From NCBI GenBank assembly GCA_019638235.1, contig JAHBUE010000001.1, positions 604,492 to 668,491 of the forward strand: a stretch of 64,000 bases of DNA. Direction: 5' to 3'. Positions 19,749-29,336 of this stretch are shown here, in pieces. How positions within the stretch are numbered: the first letter of the stretch is position 1; each line of letters opens with the position of its first letter. A program made the position numbers and the translations under genes. This stretch comes from Cyclobacteriaceae bacterium. GTDB lineage: Bacteria; Bacteroidota; Bacteroidia; Cytophagales; Cyclobacteriaceae. The notes beneath the pieces are model-generated. The model was not told the DNA's origin. It did no database searches and worked only from the letters and a program-made list of their open reading frames with translations.

Positions 19749-20915
19749 TTAATGATAAACAAATTCCTGCTCTTGATTTTTTAGTGTAACCTGTTTTTTA
19801 TCCGAGCTTTCAACCCTCCCCACAACCTTAGCCTCAACGCCAAAACTTTCTGAAATATCAATCACCTGTTGAGCGTGTTTCTCATCCAGATAGATTTCCA
19901 TTCGATGCCCCATGTTGAACACCTTATACATTTCTTTCCAGTCGGTATTGCTGCATTCGTGGATGAGATTAAAAAGCGGAGGTATTTCAAAAAGATTATC
20001 TTTTATAATGTGGAGGTCATCTACGAAATGCAACACTTTTGTTTGCGCCCCGCCACTGCAATGCACCAACCCGTGTATATGCTGACGTAGATTTTTAAAC
20101 ACTTCTATCATAACGGGTGCATACGTGCGTGTAGGTGAAAGCACGAGTTTGCCTACATTCACATCAACACCGGGAATGGTATCGGTAACGTTGTATTTCC
20201 CCGTGTACACTAAGTCAGCGGGAACATCTTTATTGTACGATTCGGGATATTTGTCGGCATAAATTTTTGCAAACACATCGTGGCGCGCAGAGGTTAGTCC
20301 GTTACTGCCTATGCCACTGTTGTATTCATCTTCGTAAGAGGCTTTGCCGTAAGAAGCCAATCCTACAATCACATCGCCTGCCTGAATAGTTGCGTTGTCA
20401 ATCACATCACTGCGCTTCATGCGAGCCGTTACGGTACTATCAACAATAATAGTGCGCACTAAGTCGCCCACATCGGCTGTTTCGCCCCCGGTGCTGTAAA
20501 TGTTCAGGCCGTATTTCCGAAGCATTTCCAACACTTCTTCTGTTCCGTTAATGATAGCGGAAATCACTTCGCCCGGAATAAGATTTTTATTTCTGCCAAT
20601 AGTGGAAGAAAGAATAATATTGTCAGTTGCGCCCACGCAAAGTAAATCATCAATGTTCATGATAATGGCATCTTGCGCAATGCCTTTCCAAACGGAAAGG
20701 TCGCCAGTTTCTTTCCAGTATATATACGCCAATGACGACTTGGTTCCGGCTCCGTCAGCGTGCATAACGGTGCAGTAATCAGGATTACCCCCCAGGTAAT
20801 CCTCTACAATCTTACAAAACGCCTTTGGGTACAAACCCTTATCGAGTTTGCTGATGGCCTGGTGTACATCTTCTTTGCTTGCGGAAACCCCGCGCTGGTT
20901 GTAGCGGTCGCTCAT
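19749..20915 (-). CDS. purM: phosphoribosylformylglycinamidine cyclo-ligase (AIR synthase, long Bacteroidota form)
   Basis: 388 aa. Contains RGVSASKEDVH and HADGAGTKS, with PurM-like N and C domains. Confidence 0.75.
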   Translation of the reverse strand: MSDRYNQRGVSASKEDVHQAISKLDKGLYPKAFCKIVEDYLGGNPDYCTVMHADGAGTKSSLAYIYWKETGDLSVWKGIAQDAIIMNIDDLLCVGATDNIILSSTIGRNKNLIPGEVISAIINGTEEVLEMLRKYGLNIYSTGGETADVGDLVRTIIVDSTVTARMKRSDVIDNATIQAGDVIVGLASYGKASYEDEYNSGIGSNGLTSARHDVFAKIYADKYPESYNKDVPADLVYTGKYNVTDTIPGVDVNVGKLVLSPTRTYAPVMIEVFKNLRQHIHGLVHCSGGAQTKVLHFVDDLHIIKDNLFEIPPLFNLIHECSNTDWKEMYKVFNMGHRMEIYLDEKHAQQVIDISESFGVEAKVVGRVESSDKKQVTLKNQEQEFVYH

Positions 20916-20963
20916 GGAGGTGTTGAAATTTGCCGCTAAGGTAACGGTTGAAAACGAAAGGGA

Positions 20964-21812
20964 CTAACGTGTAATTTCATTTATCCGCCTGATGATGGCA
21001 TCTACATGTTTTGCTTTTTCCTGAACAGCCGATAGCGCGGAATCATTTTGCTCTTGTTGAATGAGCGTGGTTAACCCCATAATGCGGCACAACGGCCCAC
21101 GCACGATGTGCGCATTAATGAAAGCGTATTCTTCTAACTGTAGATTTCGTTCTTCAATCCTGCGGATACGCTGCTCGATAATCAGCTCCAGGTTTTCATT
21201 AATGGAGCGGATTTCTTCCTGGCTGTGCCGCAGGGTATCGGTTTGCTTTAATAAAATTCCGGCCAGGTTTTGTAGTTGCTGATGGCGGTGTTCTATATGC
21301 TTACGATGCGAGAGAAATTTATTCTTCAGAAAAATCAGAAACGCTGCAAGGATAATAGTAATAACAAAATAATCGATCGCTAATTGCAGGGGAGGAATTT
21401 TGCCCGGATCGGCTACCCGGATTCCAACGGCCCATGAAAATTCGGTAAGGCAGACGAAAACAAGCAGGCAAATACTTAACATGAGTACCTGCAACCATCC
21501 GCGTAAGGTCAGGATGATCCAGGTTGAATAGATAAACACCACAAGAGGCACCGTTCCCGCCAATCCTCCTGACTCTTTCCAGAAATATATCATGATGAGC
21601 AGCACCGCCAGGTGGAACGAAAAAGCAAGGTACCTGATGTTTTTTACGCGGAAGGTTAGAAAATAAATGAAAGCAATAAACAAGGCAATACCGGTGTTCA
21701 GCAGTATTGTTGATGCTGAAGAGAGCAACCCGTTGATGACCTGGTAGAACTGGTAGGTAACGGCCAGTACCAGGATGAACCGAAAAATAGTTTTCTCAAG
21801 TGTTCCTTTCAT
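20964..21812 (-). CDS. multi-pass membrane protein with coiled coil and HisKA-like H-box, no ATPase domain
   Basis: 282 aa with about 6 TM segments and then a coiled coil. The H-box is LEEYAFINAHIVRGPLCRIMGL, and the protein ends about 45 aa later, too short for a HATPase_c domain. Confidence 0.6.
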   Translation of the reverse strand: MKGTLEKTIFRFILVLAVTYQFYQVINGLLSSASTILLNTGIALFIAFIYFLTFRVKNIRYLAFSFHLAVLLIMIYFWKESGGLAGTVPLVVFIYSTWIILTLRGWLQVLMLSICLLVFVCLTEFSWAVGIRVADPGKIPPLQLAIDYFVITIILAAFLIFLKNKFLSHRKHIEHRHQQLQNLAGILLKQTDTLRHSQEEIRSINENLELIIEQRIRRIEERNLQLEEYAFINAHIVRGPLCRIMGLTTLIQQEQNDSALSAVQEKAKHVDAIIRRINEITR

Positions 21813-22803
21813 AATTTCTGATCACTTTTCGATCCAGCAAAGAATTTTTTTGCAATGAAGTCCGGATAGAGTCCGTCACAGAAGTAAGCTCTTCACTTGA
21901 GCGCTCCAGATTTGTTGCATAGGGAGATGAAGATTGAACCTGGTTCAGCGAAATCAGCAAATCATCAACTGCCTGAATTAATTCTGTAGTATTCAGTTGA
22001 ATAAACTCTTCAACCGATTGATTTTTCTTTTGCAGCAGCTCCGTTCTGCGACTTACTTCATCTTCAAGCTTTGTTTGTACGTGCTTTAATTCCTTGTTGG
22101 ATTGCTCCAGTACCCTACCCAGTTTCCTGGACTCCCGCACCTGCTCGGCCATTTTCAGATTAAGTTGGGAGAGTTTGCTGTCCTGCGAAACAGTAAGCTC
22201 TTTTAGGTAAATGGTAAAAACTGAGAGCATAATCAGCGTAAACCAGAAATCGATGGTTTGAAAGGAGGCGCCAAAATTTATATACCCAAGCCAGTGAGGC
22301 GATAAGAGGCTTATGATCAGCACGGCCAGCAACAGTAACAGGTTGAAAATTATGGATGTGTACATTTTGCGTTGTCCGTACACCATAATTATGAAATAGA
22401 TGGACGCGAAATAATTGAACTTGCTATATCCAGCTATGCCCCCCAGTTGTAAAAAATTGAATGCCAGCAGCAGTGAAAGCAGTACGCCCGAAGCAATGGA
22501 AATATTCTGAAAATCTTTTCGCCAGCTAACATAGAAAAACGAAAAAATAACGAATAAAAGCAGGATGTCAACAATTAACTCAGCCTGGTGAACTTGGTTT
22601 TTAATGTCGAACAATATGGTGATGAGCATGCGTAAAAGACCAAATACGCAGATAAGAATAATAATCTGCGCCTGGTAACGTAAGTCATTAAATTGTTCGA
22701 TAAGCCGGTTGAACACTGGGAGTTGGTTTCCCTGCAAAATAACAATTACGTCAATCAGAACTACCGATTGCGGCAGATTTCCCAAACGACTATTCCTATG
22801 CAA
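21796..22803 (-). CDS. multi-pass membrane protein with coiled coil, degenerate paralog of 20964..21812
   Basis: 335 aa ORF with the same TM plus coiled-coil layout. The position equivalent to the H-box reads VEEFIQLNTTELIQAVDDL, with no His. The listed start overlaps trmH by 43 nt. An in-frame TTG at 22737 is a plausible real start. Confidence 0.55.
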   Translation of the reverse strand: MHRNSRLGNLPQSVVLIDVIVILQGNQLPVFNRLIEQFNDLRYQAQIIILICVFGLLRMLITILFDIKNQVHQAELIVDILLLFVIFSFFYVSWRKDFQNISIASGVLLSLLLAFNFLQLGGIAGYSKFNYFASIYFIIMVYGQRKMYTSIIFNLLLLLAVLIISLLSPHWLGYINFGASFQTIDFWFTLIMLSVFTIYLKELTVSQDSKLSQLNLKMAEQVRESRKLGRVLEQSNKELKHVQTKLEDEVSRRTELLQKKNQSVEEFIQLNTTELIQAVDDLLISLNQVQSSSPYATNLERSSEELTSVTDSIRTSLQKNSLLDRKVIRNYERNT

Positions 22804-23285
22804 ACCGATATATTCAACGAATGCTTGGTGCCCGATTGCGGAATTTCAAGGGCGACATCGGCCTGGGCAATGACTTCATCTGTTACACCGTTAATTTCAT
22901 TACCAAAAACCAGGCACAGCTTTTCATTTTTTGCAGCCGCGAATTGCTGAAGCGGAGTGCTGACATCGGTTTGTTCAATCACAATAATTTTATAGCCGTC
23001 AGCCTTCAGGCGCTGAACAATGTCTTCTGCCTTTTCGGCATACTCCCAATCTACCGACTCCGTTGCGCCTAATGCCGTTTTGTGAATCTCGCGGTGTGGC
23101 GGTGTGCCGGTAATGCCTGTTAAATAAATTTTTTCAATACGAAACGCATCGGCCGTGCGGAAAGCCGAGCCTACGTTGTGCAGGCTGCGCACGTTGTCGA
23201 GCACAATACAAAGCGGAATTTTTTCAGCTTCTTTAAACTGGTCAATGGAAATACGGCCAAGTTCTTCGAGTTTGAGTTTTTTCAT
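22761..23285 (-). CDS. TrmH/SpoU family RNA 2'-O-methyltransferase
   Basis: 174 aa with HNVGSAFRTADAF, FGNEINGV and IPQSGTKHSLNISV motifs 1-3. Confidence 0.85.
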   Translation of the reverse strand: MKKLKLEELGRISIDQFKEAEKIPLCIVLDNVRSLHNVGSAFRTADAFRIEKIYLTGITGTPPHREIHKTALGATESVDWEYAEKAEDIVQRLKADGYKIIVIEQTDVSTPLQQFAAAKNEKLCLVFGNEINGVTDEVIAQADVALEIPQSGTKHSLNISVCIGIVVWEICRNR

Positions 23286-23324
23286 GCGGTAAAGTTAACA
23301 CTGCATAAAACAACCCGATACACA

Positions 23325-23792
23325 TTACGCCATCATTTCCCTAATCTCCGGCAGAAAAACCCATCCGGTTATAAAGCCCAGGATCAACGCACGGATAAGA
23401 AAAGGAAGGTAATTCCGGTTTTGCGATTTTACCCACATGGCAAGTATGATTAAAACACCAGATGCAATTGACAGAGAACCAACAAGCATCATGTGTTGGG
23501 CTCCTTCAAGAGCCAGTGTTTTAAAGAGCAAGCTAAGAACACATACCGCACAAGAAATGTTCACTACTTTCAAAGCGATCAGACCGAACATCTCCTCTAC
23601 ATCAACTTTTATGTATGCGCTTAAAAAATAAAATGCTGCAAGAGTGGTCATGGTTACCATTAGTATCTCCTGATTGTTTACGGTAAAATAGAAGACTAAG
23701 GCCGGAACCGTAAGTATCAATTCAATTTTTAACCTGTTCCGGGAAAGCCACTCACCTAATTGAGGAGGAATGGGAGTTTTATTTTCAGTCAT
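23325..23792 (-). CDS. hypothetical membrane protein (4 TM)
   Basis: 155 aa and hydrophobic throughout. No recognised motif. Confidence 0.55.
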   Translation of the reverse strand: MTENKTPIPPQLGEWLSRNRLKIELILTVPALVFYFTVNNQEILMVTMTTLAAFYFLSAYIKVDVEEMFGLIALKVVNISCAVCVLSLLFKTLALEGAQHMMLVGSLSIASGVLIILAMWVKSQNRNYLPFLIRALILGFITGWVFLPEIREMMA

Positions 23793-23880
23793 AAGGTATG
23801 GGTTTAGGTTTCAGTAAATATACAAGGAAAACAAATTCAACATTCCGGTAAACTCATCATCACTTAATTATATTTGCCAC

Positions 23881-26484
23881 ATGGCCGGAAAAAACGCATC
23901 CGAAACTCCCCTTATGAAACAGTACAACGCCATCAAGGTAAAATACCCCGGTGCGCTGTTGCTTTTTCGTGTGGGCGATTTTTATGAAACCTTTGGTGAA
24001 GATGCCATCCGGGCTGCCAACGTGCTGGACATTACACTCACCAAACGCGGCAATGGCTCTGCTTCTGAAATTGAACTGGCCGGGTTTCCGCATCATGCGT
24101 TAGACACCTACTTACCCAAACTTGTTCGTGCCGGTCATCGTGTGGCGATATGCGACCAACTCGAAGACCCGCGCTTTGTGAAAGGCATCGTGAAACGCGG
24201 TGTTACGGAATTGGTAACGCCAGGCGTGTCGTTTAATGATAATGTGCTGGAGAAAAGGCAGAATAATTTTCTTGCTTCGATTTTCTCCGGCAAACAAAGT
24301 TTTGGCGTAGCGTTTTTAGACATCAGCACGGGCGAGTTTTATGTGGCGCAGGGCAGCAGCAATTATGTGTTCAAGCTCATTCAGAGCTTTGCGCCTGCCG
24401 AAATTATTTTCAGTAAAAATCAACGCGAGAATTTTGAAAAACAGGTTGGCGAAGACCACGCCACGTTTGCATTAGACGATTGGGTGTATGCGTTTGATTT
24501 TGCGCAGGAAAAACTGTTGAACCAGTTTAAAACGGCAACCCTGAAGGGTTTTGGTATTGACGGTCTGACGGAAGCCATTGTGGCAGCCGGTGCCACTCTT
24601 CATTATCTCGAAGCTACCGAACATAAGGACACACAGCATATTGCATCCGTTTCGCGCATTGATGAGGATAAATATGTTTGGTTAGATAAATTCACCATCC
24701 GCAACCTTGAATTGATTGCTTCGCCTTTTGAAAGTGGCGTGCCGTTAATTAACGTACTCGACCACACGGTTACGCCTATGGGCTCGCGCCAGTTGCGCAA
24801 ATGGATGGTGCTTCCGCTGAAAGAAAAAAACCAGATTGATGAGCGTTTAAAAGTGGTTGACATTTTCTTTCAGCAACCCGAACTCGCTGAAAAGCTAATA
24901 GAAGAACTACGCCACATTGCCGATTTAGAGCGACTTATTTCAAAAGTGGCCGTTGGCCGGATTAACCCACGCGAAATGCTGCAACTGAAAAAATCATTGC
25001 AGCGCACATTGCCGGTTAAAAGTTTATTGGAACAACACGCATCGCCCGAACTGAAAAAATTAGGCGACCAGTTAAACCGGTGCGAGTTTCTGTTGGAAAA
25101 AATTGAGAAAGAATTGCGCGATGATGCGCCCATGCTTTCGCATCAGGGCGGCATTATCAAAGATGGTATTCATGCCGAGTTAGATGAACTGCGCAAGATA
25201 GCCTTCTCCGGAAAGGATTTTTTACTGCAAATCCAGAAGCGCGAAATTGGACGCACGGGCATCAACTCATTAAAGATTTCGTACAACAAGGTTTTTGGAT
25301 ATTACTTAGAAGTAAGCAACGCCAACAAAGACAAAGTTCCGCCTGACTGGATACGGAAGCAAACATTGGTAAATGCCGAACGCTACATTACCGAAGAACT
25401 GAAAGTATATGAAGAGAAAATTCTTCATGCCGAAGATAAGCTGGTAGTGATTGAACAAAAACTCTTTCAGGAACTTGTGCAACATGCCGGTGATTTTGTT
25501 GCGCAAATTCAGCAAAACGCACGCACGCTTGCAGTGTTGGATTGCTTCCTGTCGTTTGCGCACGTAGCACGATTGAATAAGTATGCCCGCCCGGAAGTGA
25601 ATGAATCAACAGTAATTGATATTAAGGCCGGTCGTCACCCGGTTATTGAAAAGCAATTGCCTGTTGGCGAAAGTTATGTGCCCAACGATGTATATCTCGA
25701 CAACGAAACCCAACAGATACTCATCATCACCGGGCCAAACATGGCGGGTAAGTCGGCCTTATTGAGGCAGACAGCATTAATTGTGTTGATGGCGCAAATC
25801 GGCAGCTTTGTTCCGGCAGATGCCGCAAGTATAGGTTTGGTAGATAAGGTATTTACCCGTGTGGGCGCTTCCGATAATTTGTCGAAAGGCGAATCTACGT
25901 TTATGGTGGAGATGATTGAAACGGCAAGCATCCTGAACAACCTCAGCGACCGCAGTTTGATTTTGATGGATGAGATCGGCAGGGGCACTTCCACCTATGA
26001 TGGCGTTTCCATTGCCTGGGCAATTGTAGAATACCTGCATCAGCATAAGGACTTCCGTCCGAAAACGTTGTTTGCCACGCACTACCATGAGCTGAATCAG
26101 TTAGCGGAAGATTTTGTGCGCGTGAAAAACTTCAACGTAAGCGTGAAAGAAGTTGGCGACAAAATTATTTTTATGCGCAAACTAAAGGAAGGAGGCAGCG
26201 AACACAGCTTTGGTATTCATGTGGCGCAATTAGCGGGCATCCCAAACAAGGTGGTAATCCGTGCAAATGAGGTGCTGCACTTCCTCGAAAAAGATAAACA
26301 GAAGAACGAGCAAAAAACCAATTTGCAGGAATTACCCAAAGCCACACACCAGATGAGCTTGTTTGAGATAGACCCGAAATACAAACAGGTGCAGGAAATG
26401 TTGGATGGTATCGACATCAACACCATCAGCCCGGTGGAGGCGTTGCTGAAGTTGAATGAGGTGTTGAGTGTGCTGAAGAAATAA
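23881..26484 (+). CDS. mutS: DNA mismatch repair protein MutS
   Basis: 867 aa with TPLMKQY..IK....LLFRVGDFYE at the N-terminus, Walker A GPNMAGKS, and the STFMVEM and DEIGRGTSTYDG motifs. Confidence 0.97.
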   Translation: MAGKNASETPLMKQYNAIKVKYPGALLLFRVGDFYETFGEDAIRAANVLDITLTKRGNGSASEIELAGFPHHALDTYLPKLVRAGHRVAICDQLEDPRFVKGIVKRGVTELVTPGVSFNDNVLEKRQNNFLASIFSGKQSFGVAFLDISTGEFYVAQGSSNYVFKLIQSFAPAEIIFSKNQRENFEKQVGEDHATFALDDWVYAFDFAQEKLLNQFKTATLKGFGIDGLTEAIVAAGATLHYLEATEHKDTQHIASVSRIDEDKYVWLDKFTIRNLELIASPFESGVPLINVLDHTVTPMGSRQLRKWMVLPLKEKNQIDERLKVVDIFFQQPELAEKLIEELRHIADLERLISKVAVGRINPREMLQLKKSLQRTLPVKSLLEQHASPELKKLGDQLNRCEFLLEKIEKELRDDAPMLSHQGGIIKDGIHAELDELRKIAFSGKDFLLQIQKREIGRTGINSLKISYNKVFGYYLEVSNANKDKVPPDWIRKQTLVNAERYITEELKVYEEKILHAEDKLVVIEQKLFQELVQHAGDFVAQIQQNARTLAVLDCFLSFAHVARLNKYARPEVNESTVIDIKAGRHPVIEKQLPVGESYVPNDVYLDNETQQILIITGPNMAGKSALLRQTALIVLMAQIGSFVPADAASIGLVDKVFTRVGASDNLSKGESTFMVEMIETASILNNLSDRSLILMDEIGRGTSTYDGVSIAWAIVEYLHQHKDFRPKTLFATHYHELNQLAEDFVRVKNFNVSVKEVGDKIIFMRKLKEGGSEHSFGIHVAQLAGIPNKVVIRANEVLHFLEKDKQKNEQKTNLQELPKATHQMSLFEIDPKYKQVQEMLDGIDINTISPVEALLKLNEVLSVLKK

Positions 26485-26799
26485 TCAAGCCGGAATTTTT
26501 TTACCCCCTCTTTTCCACTTTACAGATTTTACGGCACTTATCGCTTTGCGCGACCTTTTCTGAACGTGAAACAAATCATAATTCATTTGCATAATGAGCC
26601 AGAACTGAGGCGATTTGTTAAGCGCCTTAGACAAACGCAACGACATAAGCGGGCTGATGCCGGCCTTTTCATTGACCACATCGGATAATACTTTCCGGGA
26701 AACCCCGATTTGCTTTGCAAATTCGGTAACGGAAATATCCATTGGTTTCAGGTAGTCTTCCCGCAGGATTTCTCCAGGGTGGCATGGATTGTACATCAT
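26485..26799 (-). CDS. higA: HigA-family antitoxin (XRE HTH)
   Basis: 104 aa with HPGEILREDYL and TEFAKQIGVSRKVLSDVVN, the HigA/VapI pattern. It sits immediately downstream of the toxin gene. Confidence 0.85.
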   Translation of the reverse strand: MMYNPCHPGEILREDYLKPMDISVTEFAKQIGVSRKVLSDVVNEKAGISPLMSLRLSKALNKSPQFWLIMQMNYDLFHVQKRSRKAISAVKSVKWKRGGKKIPA

Positions 26800-26804
26800 A
26801 GTTT

Positions 26805-27083
26805 TTAATGATAGTCTAAATAATCAACATCATAAACATGGCCATTTTCTATGCGGAAAATAATCCGCCAGTTGCCGTTTACTTCTTTTGCCCAGAAACC
26901 TTTTAAATCTCCATGCAAGGCATGAAGCCCAAAAGACGGTTCCTCCAAATCGCGGATATCCGCAGCCGCATCTAATTGAGTGAGTATTCTTCTGATCCTT
27001 GAAATATGCGACTGGTTTAACCCCGAACGAATCCCTTTTTCATAGAACAACTTCAGTTTTTTATTCCGAAAGGATTCAATCAC
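26805..27083 (-). CDS. higB: HigB-like toxin (RelE/ParE superfamily killer protein)
   Basis: 92 aa with MIESFRNKKLKLFYEKG at the N-terminus and LHALHGDLKGFWAKEVNGNWRIIF later, typical of plasmid maintenance system killer proteins. GTG start. Confidence 0.85.
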   Translation of the reverse strand: MIESFRNKKLKLFYEKGIRSGLNQSHISRIRRILTQLDAAADIRDLEEPSFGLHALHGDLKGFWAKEVNGNWRIIFRIENGHVYDVDYLDYH

Positions 27084-27087
27084 GACC

Positions 27088-27106
27088 TGTAACGTTAGCC
27101 GTTACA
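27088..27106. promoter_or_regulatory. palindrome TGTAACG-N5-CGTTACA directly upstream of higB (candidate operator)
   Basis: 7 bp perfect inverted repeat beginning 5 nt upstream of the higB start. TA operons are typically autoregulated at such palindromes. Confidence 0.4.
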
Positions 27107-27207
27107 AACCTAACGACTTACAAAATAAAAATCAAATCAGAAGAAAACATGTTTTAAATTGCATAATTATAAATTAGTCAGGCTAAAAAATAAACAATCA
27201 ATTTAAT

Positions 27208-28611
27208 ATGCGCTATCTCATTATCCTTTTTATCGTTGCTTACATCACCCCGGTGTCGGCTCAACTTCATCAGCAACTCTATGCGCGTTATGATGCGTAC
27301 AAAGAAATCTCCTTATCCGACAGGCGTTTCAAGCCGGAAGACATCCAGGCATTGCTGCGCCAGTTAGATAATAATTTTGCAACGAAAGAAGTTGGTCAGT
27401 CGGTTGAAGGACGACCCATTTCATTGGTTACGTATGGCAATGGCCCCGTACAGATTTTACTCTGGTCGCAGATGCATGGCGATGAACCCACGGCCACGCA
27501 GGCACTGATGGATATTTTCAGATGGCTCTCTTCATCAAACGATGGGTTTGATACTATTCGCGAAAAAATTAAAAAGAGCATGACGCTGCATGTTATACCC
27601 ATGCTTAACCCCGATGGCGCCATGCGGTTTGTCCGCAGAAATTATCATGACATTGACATCAACCGCGATGCGCTTCGTTTACAAACACCGGAAGGAAGAA
27701 TTTTAAAACACATACGCGATAGCCTGAAAGCCGACTGGGGTTTTAACCTGCACGACCAGGGACGGGGAACTTCGGTAGCAGGAAAAGCGGCATCTGTTTC
27801 GTTGTTGGCTCCTGCCTTCAATGAAAACCGCGATATAAATAAATCGCGCGGAGATGCTATGAAGTTGGTGCGCTACATCTACGACCGGTTGCAGTCGTTT
27901 ATACCCAACCAGGTAGGCATTTACCCGGATGATTTTGAGCCGCGCGCTTTTGGCGACAACATACAAAAGTGGGGTACGCGAACTGTATTGGTTGAATCGG
28001 GAGGGTTTCAACAGGACTTTGAGCGGCAGGAAGTCCGTAAATTAAATTTTGTGCTTATCATCAGTGCATTAGAAAGCATTGCGTCATCGTCCTACAAAAA
28101 AATTGCTGTTAAAAAGTACAACGAAATTCCTAAAAATGCTTCACGGAGATTACATGAATTGTTACTCCTCAATGTAAATATTGAAGGGCTTATTCGTGAT
28201 GCGGCATTTGACCGGAGAGAAACGCAAAACATAACTGCGCGACACTATTACGCTACGGGTTACGTAAGCGATTTGGGCGACCTGCGCACGTCTGTTGCCT
28301 TTAACAAGTTCGATGCTTCGGGTATGGTGGTGCAATGGGGCAAACTTTATCCAACTGTTTTTAATACAGTCAACGATTTGCAACAAGCCGACTTGTTTGC
28401 TTTATTAAAACTTGGCTTTACCGATTTCGTTGTGCGCGAACCGGTCGATAAATTTTCAACAAATATTTCGCCACAGGTTAACATTCACAACACCATGCCG
28501 GCTGTTGTTGAAACATTACGGCTGGGCAGTAACCCTTCATTGGTTTTTAAAGTGAATGACGTTGTAAAGGCAGTAGTCGTTAACGGTCAGTTAATCCGGT
28601 TGGATAATTGA
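27208..28611 (+). CDS. M14 family metallocarboxypeptidase
   Basis: 467 aa with a signal peptide. Contains WSQMHGDEPTAT (zinc ligands H..E) and NPDG. Confidence 0.8.
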   Translation: MRYLIILFIVAYITPVSAQLHQQLYARYDAYKEISLSDRRFKPEDIQALLRQLDNNFATKEVGQSVEGRPISLVTYGNGPVQILLWSQMHGDEPTATQALMDIFRWLSSSNDGFDTIREKIKKSMTLHVIPMLNPDGAMRFVRRNYHDIDINRDALRLQTPEGRILKHIRDSLKADWGFNLHDQGRGTSVAGKAASVSLLAPAFNENRDINKSRGDAMKLVRYIYDRLQSFIPNQVGIYPDDFEPRAFGDNIQKWGTRTVLVESGGFQQDFERQEVRKLNFVLIISALESIASSSYKKIAVKKYNEIPKNASRRLHELLLLNVNIEGLIRDAAFDRRETQNITARHYYATGYVSDLGDLRTSVAFNKFDASGMVVQWGKLYPTVFNTVNDLQQADLFALLKLGFTDFVVREPVDKFSTNISPQVNIHNTMPAVVETLRLGSNPSLVFKVNDVVKAVVVNGQLIRLDN

Positions 28612-28613
28612 CG

Positions 28614-29336
28614 TTAGCCTCTTTTGAACAGATTATTGCCAATAATTTTTTGCGTTACCTCATCTTTCAGGCTCCGACTGATTGGAATACGCGCATTGCC
28701 GATTACGATTTCATTGCCGTCAAGAGCGCTTACTTTTTCGAGGGATATGATAAAGGACTTATGTACTTTCAGAAACCGCTCTTTTGGAAACTGTTCTTCC
28801 AATGCGGTAAGTGTTATATAAGTAATCATTTTCCTGTCAGGGATATGAATGGTACAGTAGTTCTGCATGGCTTCCACATATAGCACATCGCTGTAATTCA
28901 CTTTTTCAAATTTATGATTACACTTGATGAAGAAGTATTCCGGTGATGGCATTGATGATAATTCTGCCTTTTGCTTTAGCTCATAGAAGTCGAAGGCTTT
29001 TTGCGCGGCCTTGAAAAAACGCTCGAAAGGAATGGGCTTTACAAGATAATCTATAATATCAAGAGAATACCCTTCAAGAGCATATTCGGAATAAGCCGTG
29101 CTGAAGATAACCATAGGTGGGTTCTTCAGTGTTTTTAAAAATTCAATACCTGAAAGTTTGGGCATGTGAATATCCAGAAGAAGCAAATCGATATTTCCTT
29201 CATTAAGCAAAGCAGATGCTTTAATAGCATTTTCGCATTTCCCGGCAAGATGTAGAAAGTCCACTTCGTTCACGTACTCTTCCAGCCCGTTGCGGGCAAC
29301 CGGTTCGTCATCAACAATAAGGCAGTTCAATTTCAA
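28614..29336 (-). CDS. LytTR family response regulator
   Basis: 240 aa with a receiver domain (LIVDDEP...LLLLDIHMP) and a C-terminal LytTR DNA-binding domain (FLKVHKSFII). Confidence 0.9.
   Translation of the reverse strand: MKLNCLIVDDEPVARNGLEEYVNEVDFLHLAGKCENAIKASALLNEGNIDLLLLDIHMPKLSGIEFLKTLKNPPMVIFSTAYSEYALEGYSLDIIDYLVKPIPFERFFKAAQKAFDFYELKQKAELSSMPSPEYFFIKCNHKFEKVNYSDVLYVEAMQNYCTIHIPDRKMITYITLTALEEQFPKERFLKVHKSFIISLEKVSALDGNEIVIGNARIPISRSLKDEVTQKIIGNNLFKRG

Noticed and set aside
21796-22803. The 43 nt overlap of the 335 aa ORF with trmH, and the 17 nt overlap with the downstream paralog, could be signs of a frameshifted single gene.
   Set aside because: Both proteins have complete and similar TM plus coiled-coil layouts. 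An in-frame TTG at 22737 removes the overlap with trmH, and the 17 nt overlap between the paralogs is compatible with translational coupling. There is no evidence for a fusion.
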